Positions 8,563 through 16,872 of a DNA stretch of 49,817 nucleotides are shown here, piece by piece. Position 1 is the stretch's first letter. Each line of letters starts with the position of its first letter. The notes beneath the pieces were generated by a model, which saw only the letters and a list, made by a program, of their open reading frames with translations, made no database searches and had not been told where the DNA came from. The stretch lies in the IMG/VR virus record IMGVR_UViG_3300005340_000010. One strand, written 5' to 3'. The translations under genes and the position numbers were made by a program. This DNA comes from a virus.

Positions 8563-9417
8563 TCAGAAAAGCTGACCGGTTGCCGCATCGAAGTGGCCTA
8601 CTCGCACGCCGCAATGCACCCCGAACCGCGCATGCGCTTCGAGCTTCGCGCGCTTGCAGAACCACAAGTCCTGTGTGAATGATGGCGTCGTTTTGAACCA
8701 CGGATTGTTCTTCGTATTCTTCACGCGACGGAAGAGGTCTTTACGCCATAAAGCGGCGCCCATCGCGATTCCGTTGCACTCGATGACTTTCCCGCGCTTG
8801 ATGGCATCGACGACGGAGAGCGGATGGAAGTTCAGCTTTCGCTTATCGAACGTCGGCTTACCGAACGCCATCGGAATCGGAGGGTCAGTCTTGATGAAGT
8901 AGAGACCGGAAACGGCATCGTATCCTTGATGGCCCTTCGCGCATTTCCATTTCGGCGAAAGCACCTCGCCGCCGCAATCGGGACAGGTCATGATCGCTTC
9001 GAGCAGACGGATCGGCGTCTCACTCGGAAGCACGTTGTCCTCTTCGGTCGTGAGGATGAACGGCGAATCGGCGAAGAGGTCCGCGTACTGCGGTTGAAAT
9101 CCTTGCCGGAGTTGCTTGCGGTCCATCGCCAGCTTGACGAGATAGTTGTAGGCCGAAGCTACTTCCATGTTCTCCGTCGCGAGGAGGGGGCTGCGCAGGT
9201 GGTTCGTCGGCCATTGCAGCGAGAGCCACGAGCAGACCACGTTCGTGTAGATGCGGCCGCGCGTCGGACTGATCCACACCACGCCTTGCTCGCGGAATAG
9301 CTTCGCCTTTTCGGTCGCGTCTACGTTCTTCGGTTTGAACGAGGTCGCGGAGAGGTGCTGTCGGCCCGCCATGATCGCCGTGGGATGCTTGATGATACCG
9401 CTGATAGGGCGCGTCAC
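8563..9417 (-). CDS. GT-A (GT2-like) glycosyltransferase with a zinc-ribbon-like insertion, 284 aa
   Basis: TTEEDNVLP (DxD-like) and TQDLWFCKRAKLEAHARFGVHCGVRVGH resemble GT2 signatures. There is a CPDCGG...C..GH insert. The gene is embedded in the structural operon. Confidence 0.5.
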   Translation of the reverse strand: MTRPISGIIKHPTAIMAGRQHLSATSFKPKNVDATEKAKLFREQGVVWISPTRGRIYTNVVCSWLSLQWPTNHLRSPLLATENMEVASAYNYLVKLAMDRKQLRQGFQPQYADLFADSPFILTTEEDNVLPSETPIRLLEAIMTCPDCGGEVLSPKWKCAKGHQGYDAVSGLYFIKTDPPIPMAFGKPTFDKRKLNFHPLSVVDAIKRGKVIECNGIAMGAALWRKDLFRRVKNTKNNPWFKTTPSFTQDLWFCKRAKLEAHARFGVHCGVRVGHFDAATGQLF

Positions 9418-9710
9418 TGCGTCACCTCGTGCGCGCTAGTCAGAGGGATCGACCGGTAAGCCTGAAAGGTTCCGCCGTTGCCATCATCGACGGTATCCAT
9501 GATTCCGCGAGCCATGAAGAATCCGCCGCAATGAGGGTTGTCGGTTCCCGGCCTGCAACGACAACGAACCGGCCAGATTCCATCGGCTTTCAACTCGTCA
9601 ACCGTTTTGCCAACCTTGACGGCATACTCCTCGGCGCAGGCCGTAAATCCGCTCTCGTCATTTGCCATGACGGTCATCTTACCGCACAGCGAACAGGCGC
9701 GGGTACTCAT
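9414..9710 (-). CDS. Cys-rich small protein, 98 aa
   Basis: CSLCG near the N-terminus plus a CRCRPG...HCGG cluster. ATGA-type coupling to the downstream gene. An alternative start at 9677 would remove the first CxxC. Confidence 0.55.
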   Translation of the reverse strand: MSTRACSLCGKMTVMANDESGFTACAEEYAVKVGKTVDELKADGIWPVRCRCRPGTDNPHCGGFFMARGIMDTVDDGNGGTFQAYRSIPLTSAHEVTQ

Positions 9711-10320
9711 GGCCCGACTGCGTCACCCCGTCAGCGATCGTGAAGCCGTACGAACCGGGAGTCATCCCTACAGACGCAGACAGGAGGCAAGTGATGAGCG
9801 AAGGGGCGATTACCGGAGTAGTGCTCGTGATACCGGACGGAAACGTGAGTACGTTCGCGGCTGTAAACCGCTGACCAATCAGCCGCAGAGTCCTGTTTGA
9901 AACTCCGCGAATGATGAGGAGTTGTCCTGTCGATTTCCCGTCCGCTGGAGACGGAAACGGAAGCACGCCGTTTTGGCTCAGCGTGTTTCCGTTTGTGTCC
10001 GTGATCGCCGTGACGATTCCAGGCTCACTCTCGTTCAGGTCGCGAAGGGAGTATTGCGGCGGGCTATTGAGCCGACGCGCGGATTCCGCCTGAACCTCAG
10101 CGACGTGGCGTTGCTCGTTCGCGAGCCATTCGGCTGTGTAGGTATCGACGCACATCGGGCAGTGCTCACGCCCATCTTCTACGGTGATGTCCTCTTCAGG
10201 GACTTCGAAGCGGCACGTATCGCAACGCTTCACTCGGTGCGAATCGAGGATGCGCTGCTTCTGATCCTGCGCGCGATACTCGAAAGGTTCGACGATGCGC
10301 CGCTTGATGAACCGGACCAC
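9679..10320 (-). CDS. Hypothetical virion-module protein with an N-terminal zinc ribbon, 213 aa
   Basis: CDTC...CPMC pairs, followed by a beta-rich C-terminal half. Confidence 0.6.
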   Translation of the reverse strand: MVRFIKRRIVEPFEYRAQDQKQRILDSHRVKRCDTCRFEVPEEDITVEDGREHCPMCVDTYTAEWLANEQRHVAEVQAESARRLNSPPQYSLRDLNESEPGIVTAITDTNGNTLSQNGVLPFPSPADGKSTGQLLIIRGVSNRTLRLIGQRFTAANVLTFPSGITSTTPVIAPSLITCLLSASVGMTPGSYGFTIADGVTQSGHEYPRLFAVR

Positions 10321-10321
10321 T

Positions 10322-10666
10322 TTAGACTCCGGTCACGACGAGATGTTGCCGCAGCTTCTGCCCGTATCGCCATGCCATCTCAATCGAACGAAAGGCATCA
10401 TCGTTGCTCACTTTCGGAAATTCGATTGTGAGCTCGCGGTACGGCATCGCGTACAGTTTTCCCGACTCGCAATAACGGTGCGGAACGTACTCGCCGTGCG
10501 TGGCCTGAACTAGCCTATCAAGCGCAGCCATCATCAAAGGAAGGTTTCGACGGAAATCCGCGAACGTGTCGGGGTGGGCGATAACGTAAGCGCGATTCGC
10601 GACTGTCTCAGCAAACCGCTCGAAGGTATCTTCCCTGTCGGAATGATCTTCACTCATGCCGAGCAA
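10322..10666 (-). CDS. Hypothetical protein, 114 aa
   Basis: ORF directly downstream of the capsid gene in the late operon. Confidence 0.6.
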   Translation of the reverse strand: MLGMSEDHSDREDTFERFAETVANRAYVIAHPDTFADFRRNLPLMMAALDRLVQATHGEYVPHRYCESGKLYAMPYRELTIEFPKVSNDDAFRSIEMAWRYGQKLRQHLVVTGV

Positions 10667-10707
10667 GTGTAGCAGGGAACCGCGACGGCTCCCTGCTACC
10701 GATCGGC

Positions 10708-11655
10708 TTACGAGGTCGGGTATCCGGCGATCCCGCGCCAGTCGCGATGATACGAGGCGCCGCGCATGGTCACCTTGTACTTCACGGCGTTGGCGTCGAA
10801 GTCAACGTTCTCGTCATACTTCGGTTTCTGGCGCCACTTCCAGTGAAGCGGGTTGCGGTTCTTCGAGATGAGCCACCAGCCAGCGTAGGACGCGCCGAGG
10901 TACTTGCACTGAACCGGCGTGATGTCCTCGGCCATCAGCATGTTCTTGTTCCAGTTGTGCGTATCGAGCTGGCGATCCGTCTTCAGGATTTCGCCGACAC
11001 GCATGTTGTTCGCGGGACCGTAGAGCAGGATGTAGCCACCCGTGTTTTCGATCCAGTCGCCGCGATCGTCGAGCTGCGTATCGAGCGCGGTGATGGCCGA
11101 GTAGAGGTTGGCCTGAGAAAGCGATGCGGCGGTCGTGACGTTGCTCTGCGTCTGCGGAGGATTCTTCAGCGTGACGTGCGAAGCGGACAGGAGCGCGAGT
11201 CCGTCGCGGCCCGCATACGCTCCAGCGGTCGTGCCGTTGAGGATCTTCGAAGCCATCGTCTGCTCGACGCGAATTGTGCAGGAGCGCTTCCAGCGCCGCA
11301 TCACGTCCTGATAGGAACCCATCTTCGCGAGGTTGGTTCCGTCCCATGGCCCGGAATCGGCGATGTCGTCAAGGTCTTCCTGCGCCATGCGGAATCCACG
11401 GCCATAGTTGACCGGGATCACGCGCAGCTCGGGGCCGACAACGTAGCTGTCGTAGTCGATGTCTTCCAGCGTCGCTCGCTGAAGCGGAGCACCGAGGCCG
11501 CCGATCTGGATGTCAACGAACTCGCCGCGACCGAACGAATCGACTTCGCAATACTTCGGGTAGACGGCGGTCTGCTCGGGCGTCTCAGCTTCCCATGCCT
11601 CGTCGATGAGGTCACGGACGATGTTAATTGCGTCTGCTTTAGTCCAGTAAGTCAT
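10708..11655 (-). CDS. Major capsid protein candidate, 315 aa
   Basis: TAAGGAGccgacgccATG start context. Size and position (after scaffold/decoration-like genes, before tail genes) fit an HK97-fold coat protein. No homology search was done. Confidence 0.55.
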   Translation of the reverse strand: MTYWTKADAINIVRDLIDEAWEAETPEQTAVYPKYCEVDSFGRGEFVDIQIGGLGAPLQRATLEDIDYDSYVVGPELRVIPVNYGRGFRMAQEDLDDIADSGPWDGTNLAKMGSYQDVMRRWKRSCTIRVEQTMASKILNGTTAGAYAGRDGLALLSASHVTLKNPPQTQSNVTTAASLSQANLYSAITALDTQLDDRGDWIENTGGYILLYGPANNMRVGEILKTDRQLDTHNWNKNMLMAEDITPVQCKYLGASYAGWWLISKNRNPLHWKWRQKPKYDENVDFDANAVKYKVTMRGASYHRDWRGIAGYPTS

Positions 11656-11667
11656 GGCGTCGGCTCC

Positions 11668-12162
11668 TTACATCGCAATCGCGGCGTCAGCCGGGACGAA
11701 GTAGACGAGAGGGTTGCCATCGCCATCGGCAACCGCGACTCCGGTGTCCCACTCGACAGCGTCGATGATCGTGCCGCAGGTGGACGCGCCGCCGGACTTC
11801 ACGACGACGGAACCGTTGGAGAACATATAGAAGCCAGCGGTGAGGCCGCGATGAACGGAGCCGATCCATGACGCGATCGAAAATGTGAGCTTCACAGGGA
11901 GGCCCTTTTCGAACGCGAAATAGACGGCGTTGACGAGGCCGTTGGCGGTCTGATTCTGGCCGGTCGATACGGCGAGACCGACAAGGCCGGTGGATTGCGC
12001 CTGCGATGTCGCGCCCATGCCGATGAACTGGCCGGTAGTGCGAACGAGCAGTGCGCCCGCGGGATAAGTCTGCGATGAGGCTTCCGGTTGGCTGCGCACG
12101 ATCGCGCCGGTTTTACGACGACCGGGGCGTGCGATTACGGCGGTTGCGCCAGTGACGGCCAT
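11668..12162 (-). CDS. Head decoration-like protein, 164 aa
   Basis: GGAGGacagcATG start. Small beta-rich protein immediately upstream of the capsid gene. Function is inferred from position. Confidence 0.45.
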   Translation of the reverse strand: MAVTGATAVIARPGRRKTGAIVRSQPEASSQTYPAGALLVRTTGQFIGMGATSQAQSTGLVGLAVSTGQNQTANGLVNAVYFAFEKGLPVKLTFSIASWIGSVHRGLTAGFYMFSNGSVVVKSGGASTCGTIIDAVEWDTGVAVADGDGNPLVYFVPADAAIAM

Positions 12163-12287
12163 GCTGTCCTCCGAACATCAACGTTGAGAAGTCGATGCGT
12201 AGCTCGTGAAGGACAGGTTCCGCCGAGGTTCAGGCTGGACCCGAATGCGAGTCTCGCGGGTGCTGCGTTACGAAAAGTGTTGCACGC

Positions 12288-12566
12288 TCATCCGTTTTTT
12301 GCAAGCCAGCTTGTCATGACGGCGAGCATGGGGCCGAACTGACCCCACGGAAGCGAAGCGGATTCGGGGGTAACCCACGGCATGTTCGGAGCGCCAGCGC
12401 CTGGAGGCGGCGCACTGGGCGGCATCGCGGCTGATGGCGGCGGCATCGGGCGCGGCGGAAGGCCCTGCGGCTTTCCGTACGGACTCGGTTCGCGACCCGG
12501 AGGTTCCGGCATCGGCGGCTTCGGTTCTTGCGGCGGAGGGGCGCCCGGAGGCATTGGCATCGGCAT
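12288..12566 (-). CDS. Proline-rich protein with a hydrophobic C-terminal tail, 92 aa
   Basis: ATG at 12566 lies 1 nt after the TGA of 12568..13305. About 40 percent Pro (MPMPMPPGAPPPQEPKPPMPEPP...), ending in ...GPMLAVMTSWLAKNG. Confidence 0.45.
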   Translation of the reverse strand: MPMPMPPGAPPPQEPKPPMPEPPGREPSPYGKPQGLPPRPMPPPSAAMPPSAPPPGAGAPNMPWVTPESASLPWGQFGPMLAVMTSWLAKNG

Positions 12567-12567
12567 G

Positions 12568-13305
12568 TCAGTAGGTGTCACAGATGGGGCCGAGGCCGGT
12601 CACGAAAGTTCCAAGGAGTGATGCGACGGTCGTAAACGTGCCATACGTTCCGCCGGTCAGCTTTCCGGCGGTAAAGTTGCCGAGGACGTGCGTGCGGACC
12701 TTGTAGCCGGTGTTGTTGGCCTGAAGCACGACGAAGTACTTACCAGCTTTCGCGGCGTACGCGACGGCGAACGGAACCTGCTGGTATGCGGCGGTCCCAG
12801 AAGCGGCCGTCGATGCGGTCTGCGCGGCGGTGATGATGGCCCCCGTCGAGTCGGCGAGCGAGATTTGAATGTTCCCCGCCACGGCGGTTGCGTTCAGAAC
12901 CGCGATGCCGGTGATGGTGCAATTGTACGGAATGAGCATCTCGACGACGTACGATTCCGTAGTGACGGCTACGAGTTCGGTGCCGGTTGTCGTTGTCGTT
13001 GGAGCAACGCCGCCGGAGTGAAAGACGGTGGATGTGCTCGGAATGGCGAGTCCTCCAGCGCCAGCGGTGAGCGCGCCCGATCCGCCGACGATGCCGCCGG
13101 AACCGAGCGTGAGAATGCCGGTTCCGAGCGTCAGATCAACACCGGGATCGAGCACGATGTCATGCTTGAACGTGACGCCCGCGCCGGATGTTGCTTCGCT
13201 GATCGTATCGGTACGCAGGTTGCCGCTACCTGATGGGCCGGTCGTTGACGTTTCGACGTTCGATCCGAAGTTGGTCGGAAGGGATGCGCTGTTCTGAGTA
13301 GCCAT
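12568..13305 (-). CDS. Fibre/decoration-like structural protein, 245 aa
   Basis: G/T/S/A/V-rich beta-type sequence similar in composition to the neighbouring fibre-like genes. Confidence 0.5.
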   Translation of the reverse strand: MATQNSASLPTNFGSNVETSTTGPSGSGNLRTDTISEATSGAGVTFKHDIVLDPGVDLTLGTGILTLGSGGIVGGSGALTAGAGGLAIPSTSTVFHSGGVAPTTTTTGTELVAVTTESYVVEMLIPYNCTITGIAVLNATAVAGNIQISLADSTGAIITAAQTASTAASGTAAYQQVPFAVAYAAKAGKYFVVLQANNTGYKVRTHVLGNFTAGKLTGGTYGTFTTVASLLGTFVTGLGPICDTY

Positions 13306-13339
13306 TCGTCACCTCGATTCAGAAGATGGTAGCACGCGC

Positions 13340-13633
13340 TTACGTTGTAGCGATGACTTGCACGAAGTCGCCTTCGCCGTGCACAAACACCCACAGCAGC
13401 GACGGATCACAGGTGATCGGAAGTGAGGGTGAGACGGCGGTGAGAAAGTACCCTGGCGTTGACTGGACAGATTCCGAAAGATGAATTGTTGCGGCGTCTC
13501 CCGGCTCGGTACCGGGGTCAGCGTCGTTGACTAGTTGCAGCGTCATCGCCGCCGATGAGCCAGAAATGAGGGTTCCGAGATTGACACCGGATGAGCCATC
13601 GGTGTACGGGACGGTTACGATTTGGACAGACAT
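13340..13633 (-). CDS. Hypothetical structural-module protein, 97 aa
   Basis: Compact ORF between fibre-like genes with beta-rich composition. Confidence 0.55.
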   Translation of the reverse strand: MSVQIVTVPYTDGSSGVNLGTLISGSSAAMTLQLVNDADPGTEPGDAATIHLSESVQSTPGYFLTAVSPSLPITCDPSLLWVFVHGEGDFVQVIATT

Positions 13634-13643
13634 TTACTTCTCC

Positions 13644-14147
13644 TTACGTTTTCTTGTGTGCTTCGAATGAGGACCCGATGAGAACAGAGGACGCCCCCGC
13701 ATCAGCGACGAACTGCGCAAATTGAATCGTTAAGGTTCCGGCGGCGTTGACGGTGATTGTGCCCGTGATCGTGACATTAGTGTCTGCCCCAAAACCCTGC
13801 GCTTCGGTGGCTGAAAATACCCCCGGACTCGTGTTCGTGGAAGTTGAGACGCCATCCGTTAGTATCGTCACGCGAGCCTTAAATGACGTACTGGTTGCGG
13901 TCCCACCAACCCCGTACTTTGATCCGCCAATGGCTGAAGAATTTACATACAAATCGGCACGAAATACCCAAGTTTCTCCGGCGCCGACTGTGATGCTCAG
14001 ACCAGGGATGTTGGCAAGGGTGTTGTTCGTCTTGTCAAACTGTGTTGATACAACAGCGACGACGTCGCTTGTGACGAGCGTGTAGCGCGCATCCGCAGTC
14101 GCCTGCGATATCCCGCTCCCGCCTAACTGGAAATCGACGCCTGGCAT
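13644..14147 (-). CDS. Receptor-binding-domain-like protein, 167 aa (paralogue of the C-terminus of 14147..15124)
   Basis: Shares SAIGG.K...GGTAT...AGTLTIQFAQ...ASSVL..S.F with the upstream gene. Its ATG overlaps that gene's stop. Confidence 0.55.
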   Translation of the reverse strand: MPGVDFQLGGSGISQATADARYTLVTSDVVAVVSTQFDKTNNTLANIPGLSITVGAGETWVFRADLYVNSSAIGGSKYGVGGTATSTSFKARVTILTDGVSTSTNTSPGVFSATEAQGFGADTNVTITGTITVNAAGTLTIQFAQFVADAGASSVLIGSSFEAHKKT

Positions 14148-15124
14148 TAGTTCGCCACCACTTGCACCTGAAACGCGCTGTTCGCGAGCACCGAAGATGC
14201 GCCGCTCGCAACATTCTGCGCGAACTGAATTGTAAGAGTTCCCGCGACGGATACGACGACGGTGCCGAAGATGCGCACGAAAATGTCCGTTCCCGCAACG
14301 GCGCCGACAGCCGATCCGAGAGCCGTAACCGCCGAGTTCAATACTGCCGTCAGGACGTTGTTCGCGACGATGCGCGCGAGCAGGGCGGTTGCTGTCGCGG
14401 TGCCACCGATTGCGAGTTTGTAGCCGCCGATCGCCGAGGCCGAAAGCTGAAGCACGGCTTCGAACGCATGAACGCCGGGGAGCACGTTGACGGATAGGCC
14501 GGTCACATCCGCGAGCGTCGTATCGCTTTTCGTGAAGATCAGCGGATTGCGCACTGAGATCATGCGCTGCGTCGTCGTGGACGGATTCACGAAGATCTGA
14601 CCGAGGGTTGCGTGCGACCGCGCCACGACTCCGACGCGGGATTTGAAGTATGGGAACGTTGGCGCCGTCGATGTCAGCACGCCCGCCGAAGTCGGATGTG
14701 CGTATAGGATCGCACCATTCGAAAAGCCGGACGTGTCGAGGCCATGAACGATGCCCTGCGTCGTGACGAAACCGGTCACGGTGTCAGCGATTGATTCCGT
14801 TGTTAGACCCACCGTGTAGGCGTTCGGATCAGCATTTCCGGCAGCCGGAGCGATCGTTGGCAGCGAGCCATCCGATCCGCTGATGTAGACCGGTACGCCG
14901 TTGCCGATCGTAGAACCGGTGACATTCTTCGCGCGCAGCCAGAACTCCTGCCCGACTTGCATCCCGACGCCGGAGTCCGAGTTGAAGAACGTCAGGCTGT
15001 CGTTGTCGGAATCGAATACCAGTTTTCCGGCGGCGTACGAAGGAGACGCGGCGGGCGTCAGCAGAACCGAATCCATCGGCTTCCCAACTTGCAATCCGAT
15101 GGTGCTGGTTTCGACTCCCGCCAT
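14147..15124 (-). CDS. Fibre / receptor-binding protein, 325 aa
   Basis: N-terminal pattern QVGQEFWLRAKNVTGSTIGNGVPVYISG...GFVTTQGIVHGLDTSGF...ILYAHPTSAGVLT resembles a widespread phage fibre module. The C-terminal domain carries AGTLTIQFAQ. Confidence 0.6.
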   Translation of the reverse strand: MAGVETSTIGLQVGKPMDSVLLTPAASPSYAAGKLVFDSDNDSLTFFNSDSGVGMQVGQEFWLRAKNVTGSTIGNGVPVYISGSDGSLPTIAPAAGNADPNAYTVGLTTESIADTVTGFVTTQGIVHGLDTSGFSNGAILYAHPTSAGVLTSTAPTFPYFKSRVGVVARSHATLGQIFVNPSTTTQRMISVRNPLIFTKSDTTLADVTGLSVNVLPGVHAFEAVLQLSASAIGGYKLAIGGTATATALLARIVANNVLTAVLNSAVTALGSAVGAVAGTDIFVRIFGTVVVSVAGTLTIQFAQNVASGASSVLANSAFQVQVVAN

Positions 15125-15136
15125 CCGCGCCCCTCC

Positions 15137-15673
15137 TTATTTCGGCGGGAGCGGCTTGAGCGGCCTGCCCCGTTCGTCCTCAAGGATAGCACCTTGCGAT
15201 TCGAGACGGCGCAGCGTGTTCTCTTCGTCCGCCGACGTGGCACGCTTCCCGTCGCGCTCCCGCTGGAGTCGCACTTGCTCGGCCTGATCCTGATCGTAGA
15301 ATACTTTCTCGCGCGCCCAGACCTGTTGCCCGTTATGAACGATGTGGCCTTCGCCATCCCATTCCCAGAGGTGCGGATTCTTCGTCCAGTCGGTCGAGCA
15401 GAGAACGTAGTGATTCGAACGGAGCACCGAAACCTTGTTCTGGTCCTTCGGGTCGCACCATGTGAACTGATGCGCCTGACCGGGATTCATCGTTAGGAAA
15501 ACGTCCGACACGCCGCCCTCGTGGCCGATCGTGGTCAGGACGAAAGACGCATCGCCCACCATGCGCGAGCGCGACCAGTCGGGCGGAAGATTCAGCGCGC
15601 AATCGCCGTAATTCGTGTAGTCGCGCGGATTCGGTACTACGCTCTCTTCTGATTTCGCGGTTGCGGTTGCCAT
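15137..15673 (-). CDS. Hypothetical protein, 178 aa
   Basis: ORF adjacent to the scaffold-like gene, with a charged C-terminal tail. Confidence 0.6.
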   Translation of the reverse strand: MATATAKSEESVVPNPRDYTNYGDCALNLPPDWSRSRMVGDASFVLTTIGHEGGVSDVFLTMNPGQAHQFTWCDPKDQNKVSVLRSNHYVLCSTDWTKNPHLWEWDGEGHIVHNGQQVWAREKVFYDQDQAEQVRLQRERDGKRATSADEENTLRRLESQGAILEDERGRPLKPLPPK

Positions 15674-16693
15674 CTAGTTCCCCTTTTCTCGCGCGAGCCG
15701 GTCGCGTCGGCGTTGCAGCATCTTGTCTTTATCGTAACCGAACGCTTCGGCCATGTGCGCGATGTCGCGCTGAGCGTCGGATGTGAGCGGCACGGCGCGA
15801 GCGTTTCCCGGCGGCACGGCGGCGGGCGCGGGACGCGACGACCCAGGCGGCGCGATGATCGTTGGCGGAGGAGGCGGCGGAACTGGCGGCGGCGGTGGCG
15901 TTCCGGCAGTCGCGCTGCTCCGTCCCGTCAAATCGAGCCATGCTTTCGCGATGACATCGGCCTTCATCGGGCCGCCATCCGTGTAGTACGGATTGGGCGC
16001 TTCCGGCGTCGGCTTCAACGTGATGGCCGAGTAGACGGAGACGAGACGTACGCGGTCATTCAACTCAGATTCCGGAACTCCGGCAGCGCGCAACTTCTGC
16101 ATGGCGGCATCGAAGGCCGCATTCGCGGTCTGCCGATCGGCTGCCTCGCGCTCGCGCTGTTGCTTCGCGGTCAACTCTGTGAACACTTCGCGCTTCGTCA
16201 CTTCGCGTTCGTCGGCGAGCCGCTTGTTGACTTTCTCGTCGTTCATCTCGGCGAGCAACCGCCGCGCTTCAGTCGGATCAGTCCACCAAAGTTCCTCGAT
16301 TTTCGCTTCGCGCGGATCGGGTGGCGGTGGGGCCTGCGGAGTCGCCGGACGCGCTTGCTGCTGTTGCTCAGCGATGATGCGGCGCGAGGTTTCTTCGATC
16401 TGCGATTGCGTCTGCTGGCGCTGAAGCGCTTCCCGCGCCTCTTTTGCGTCCTTTTCGGCCTGTTCGCGTTTCTCGCGCTCCGAAGTCGCCGCGGCGATGA
16501 TCTGCTCCGGCGTTTGACCTTCGTAACCGGTCGGCGTTGCCGTTGGAGTGGCAGGCGGCGCGGCGGCTTCCGGCTCTTCGGGTTCCGATGACGATGCCGG
16601 GAACGACTGCACGAAATCGGCGAGATTCGCTACTGAGTCGATCTCGCTTCCGTCGTGCCGCTTGCGGCGTTCACGGGTTGTTGGGGTCTGCAT
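15674..16693 (-). CDS. Scaffolding-like protein, 339 aa
   Basis: cAGGAGGaagcgATG at 16693. The core is highly charged, E/Q/R/A-rich and helical-looking, and the C-terminus is poly-Pro. It lies between the portal and capsid genes. Confidence 0.5.
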   Translation of the reverse strand: MQTPTTRERRKRHDGSEIDSVANLADFVQSFPASSSEPEEPEAAAPPATPTATPTGYEGQTPEQIIAAATSEREKREQAEKDAKEAREALQRQQTQSQIEETSRRIIAEQQQQARPATPQAPPPPDPREAKIEELWWTDPTEARRLLAEMNDEKVNKRLADEREVTKREVFTELTAKQQREREAADRQTANAAFDAAMQKLRAAGVPESELNDRVRLVSVYSAITLKPTPEAPNPYYTDGGPMKADVIAKAWLDLTGRSSATAGTPPPPPVPPPPPPTIIAPPGSSRPAPAAVPPGNARAVPLTSDAQRDIAHMAEAFGYDKDKMLQRRRDRLAREKGN

Positions 16694-16871
16694 CGCTTCC
16701 TCCTGCCTGAGCGTCGCGTTTCCGCGCAGCTTCGGCCAATACGCTATCAATTCGCTTCGTCATCTCCGTTGCGCCATGAGCTGCGCCAGCATCGAATTCG
16801 TACGCGCCGCGCTCATTCGACTGCCGCGCAATCGCCAACTCCAAAGAGCGGAGCTGAAGGCTTCGGATCAC
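16671..16871 (-). CDS. Small hypothetical protein, 66 aa (start uncertain)
   Basis: GTG 16871 lies 1 nt after the portal TAA. The ATG of tracked ORF 16671..16973 would overlap the portal gene by 100 nt. Confidence 0.3.
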   Translation of the reverse strand: MIRSLQLRSLELAIARQSNERGAYEFDAGAAHGATEMTKRIDSVLAEAARKRDAQAGGSDADPNNP

Positions 16872-16872
16872 G

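Noticed and set aside
10747-11871. Long plus-strand ORF (374 aa) antisense to the capsid and decoration genes. Similar cases are 17671..19305 (+, 544 aa), 28467..29558 (+, 363 aa), 15713..16591 (+), 7558..8547 (+) and 34842..35930 (-).
   Set aside because: These are typical shadow ORFs of high-GC DNA. Their products are Arg/Gly/Ala/Val-rich and low-complexity, with no RBS or coupling. Each lies opposite a gene with better composition, motifs and operon context.
13644-15124. A diversity-generating retroelement (template/variable repeat pair) explaining the duplicated receptor-binding-type domains.
   Set aside because: There is no reverse transcriptase anywhere in the genome. The two copies are diverged at many positions of all base types rather than being near-identical with adenine-specific differences.
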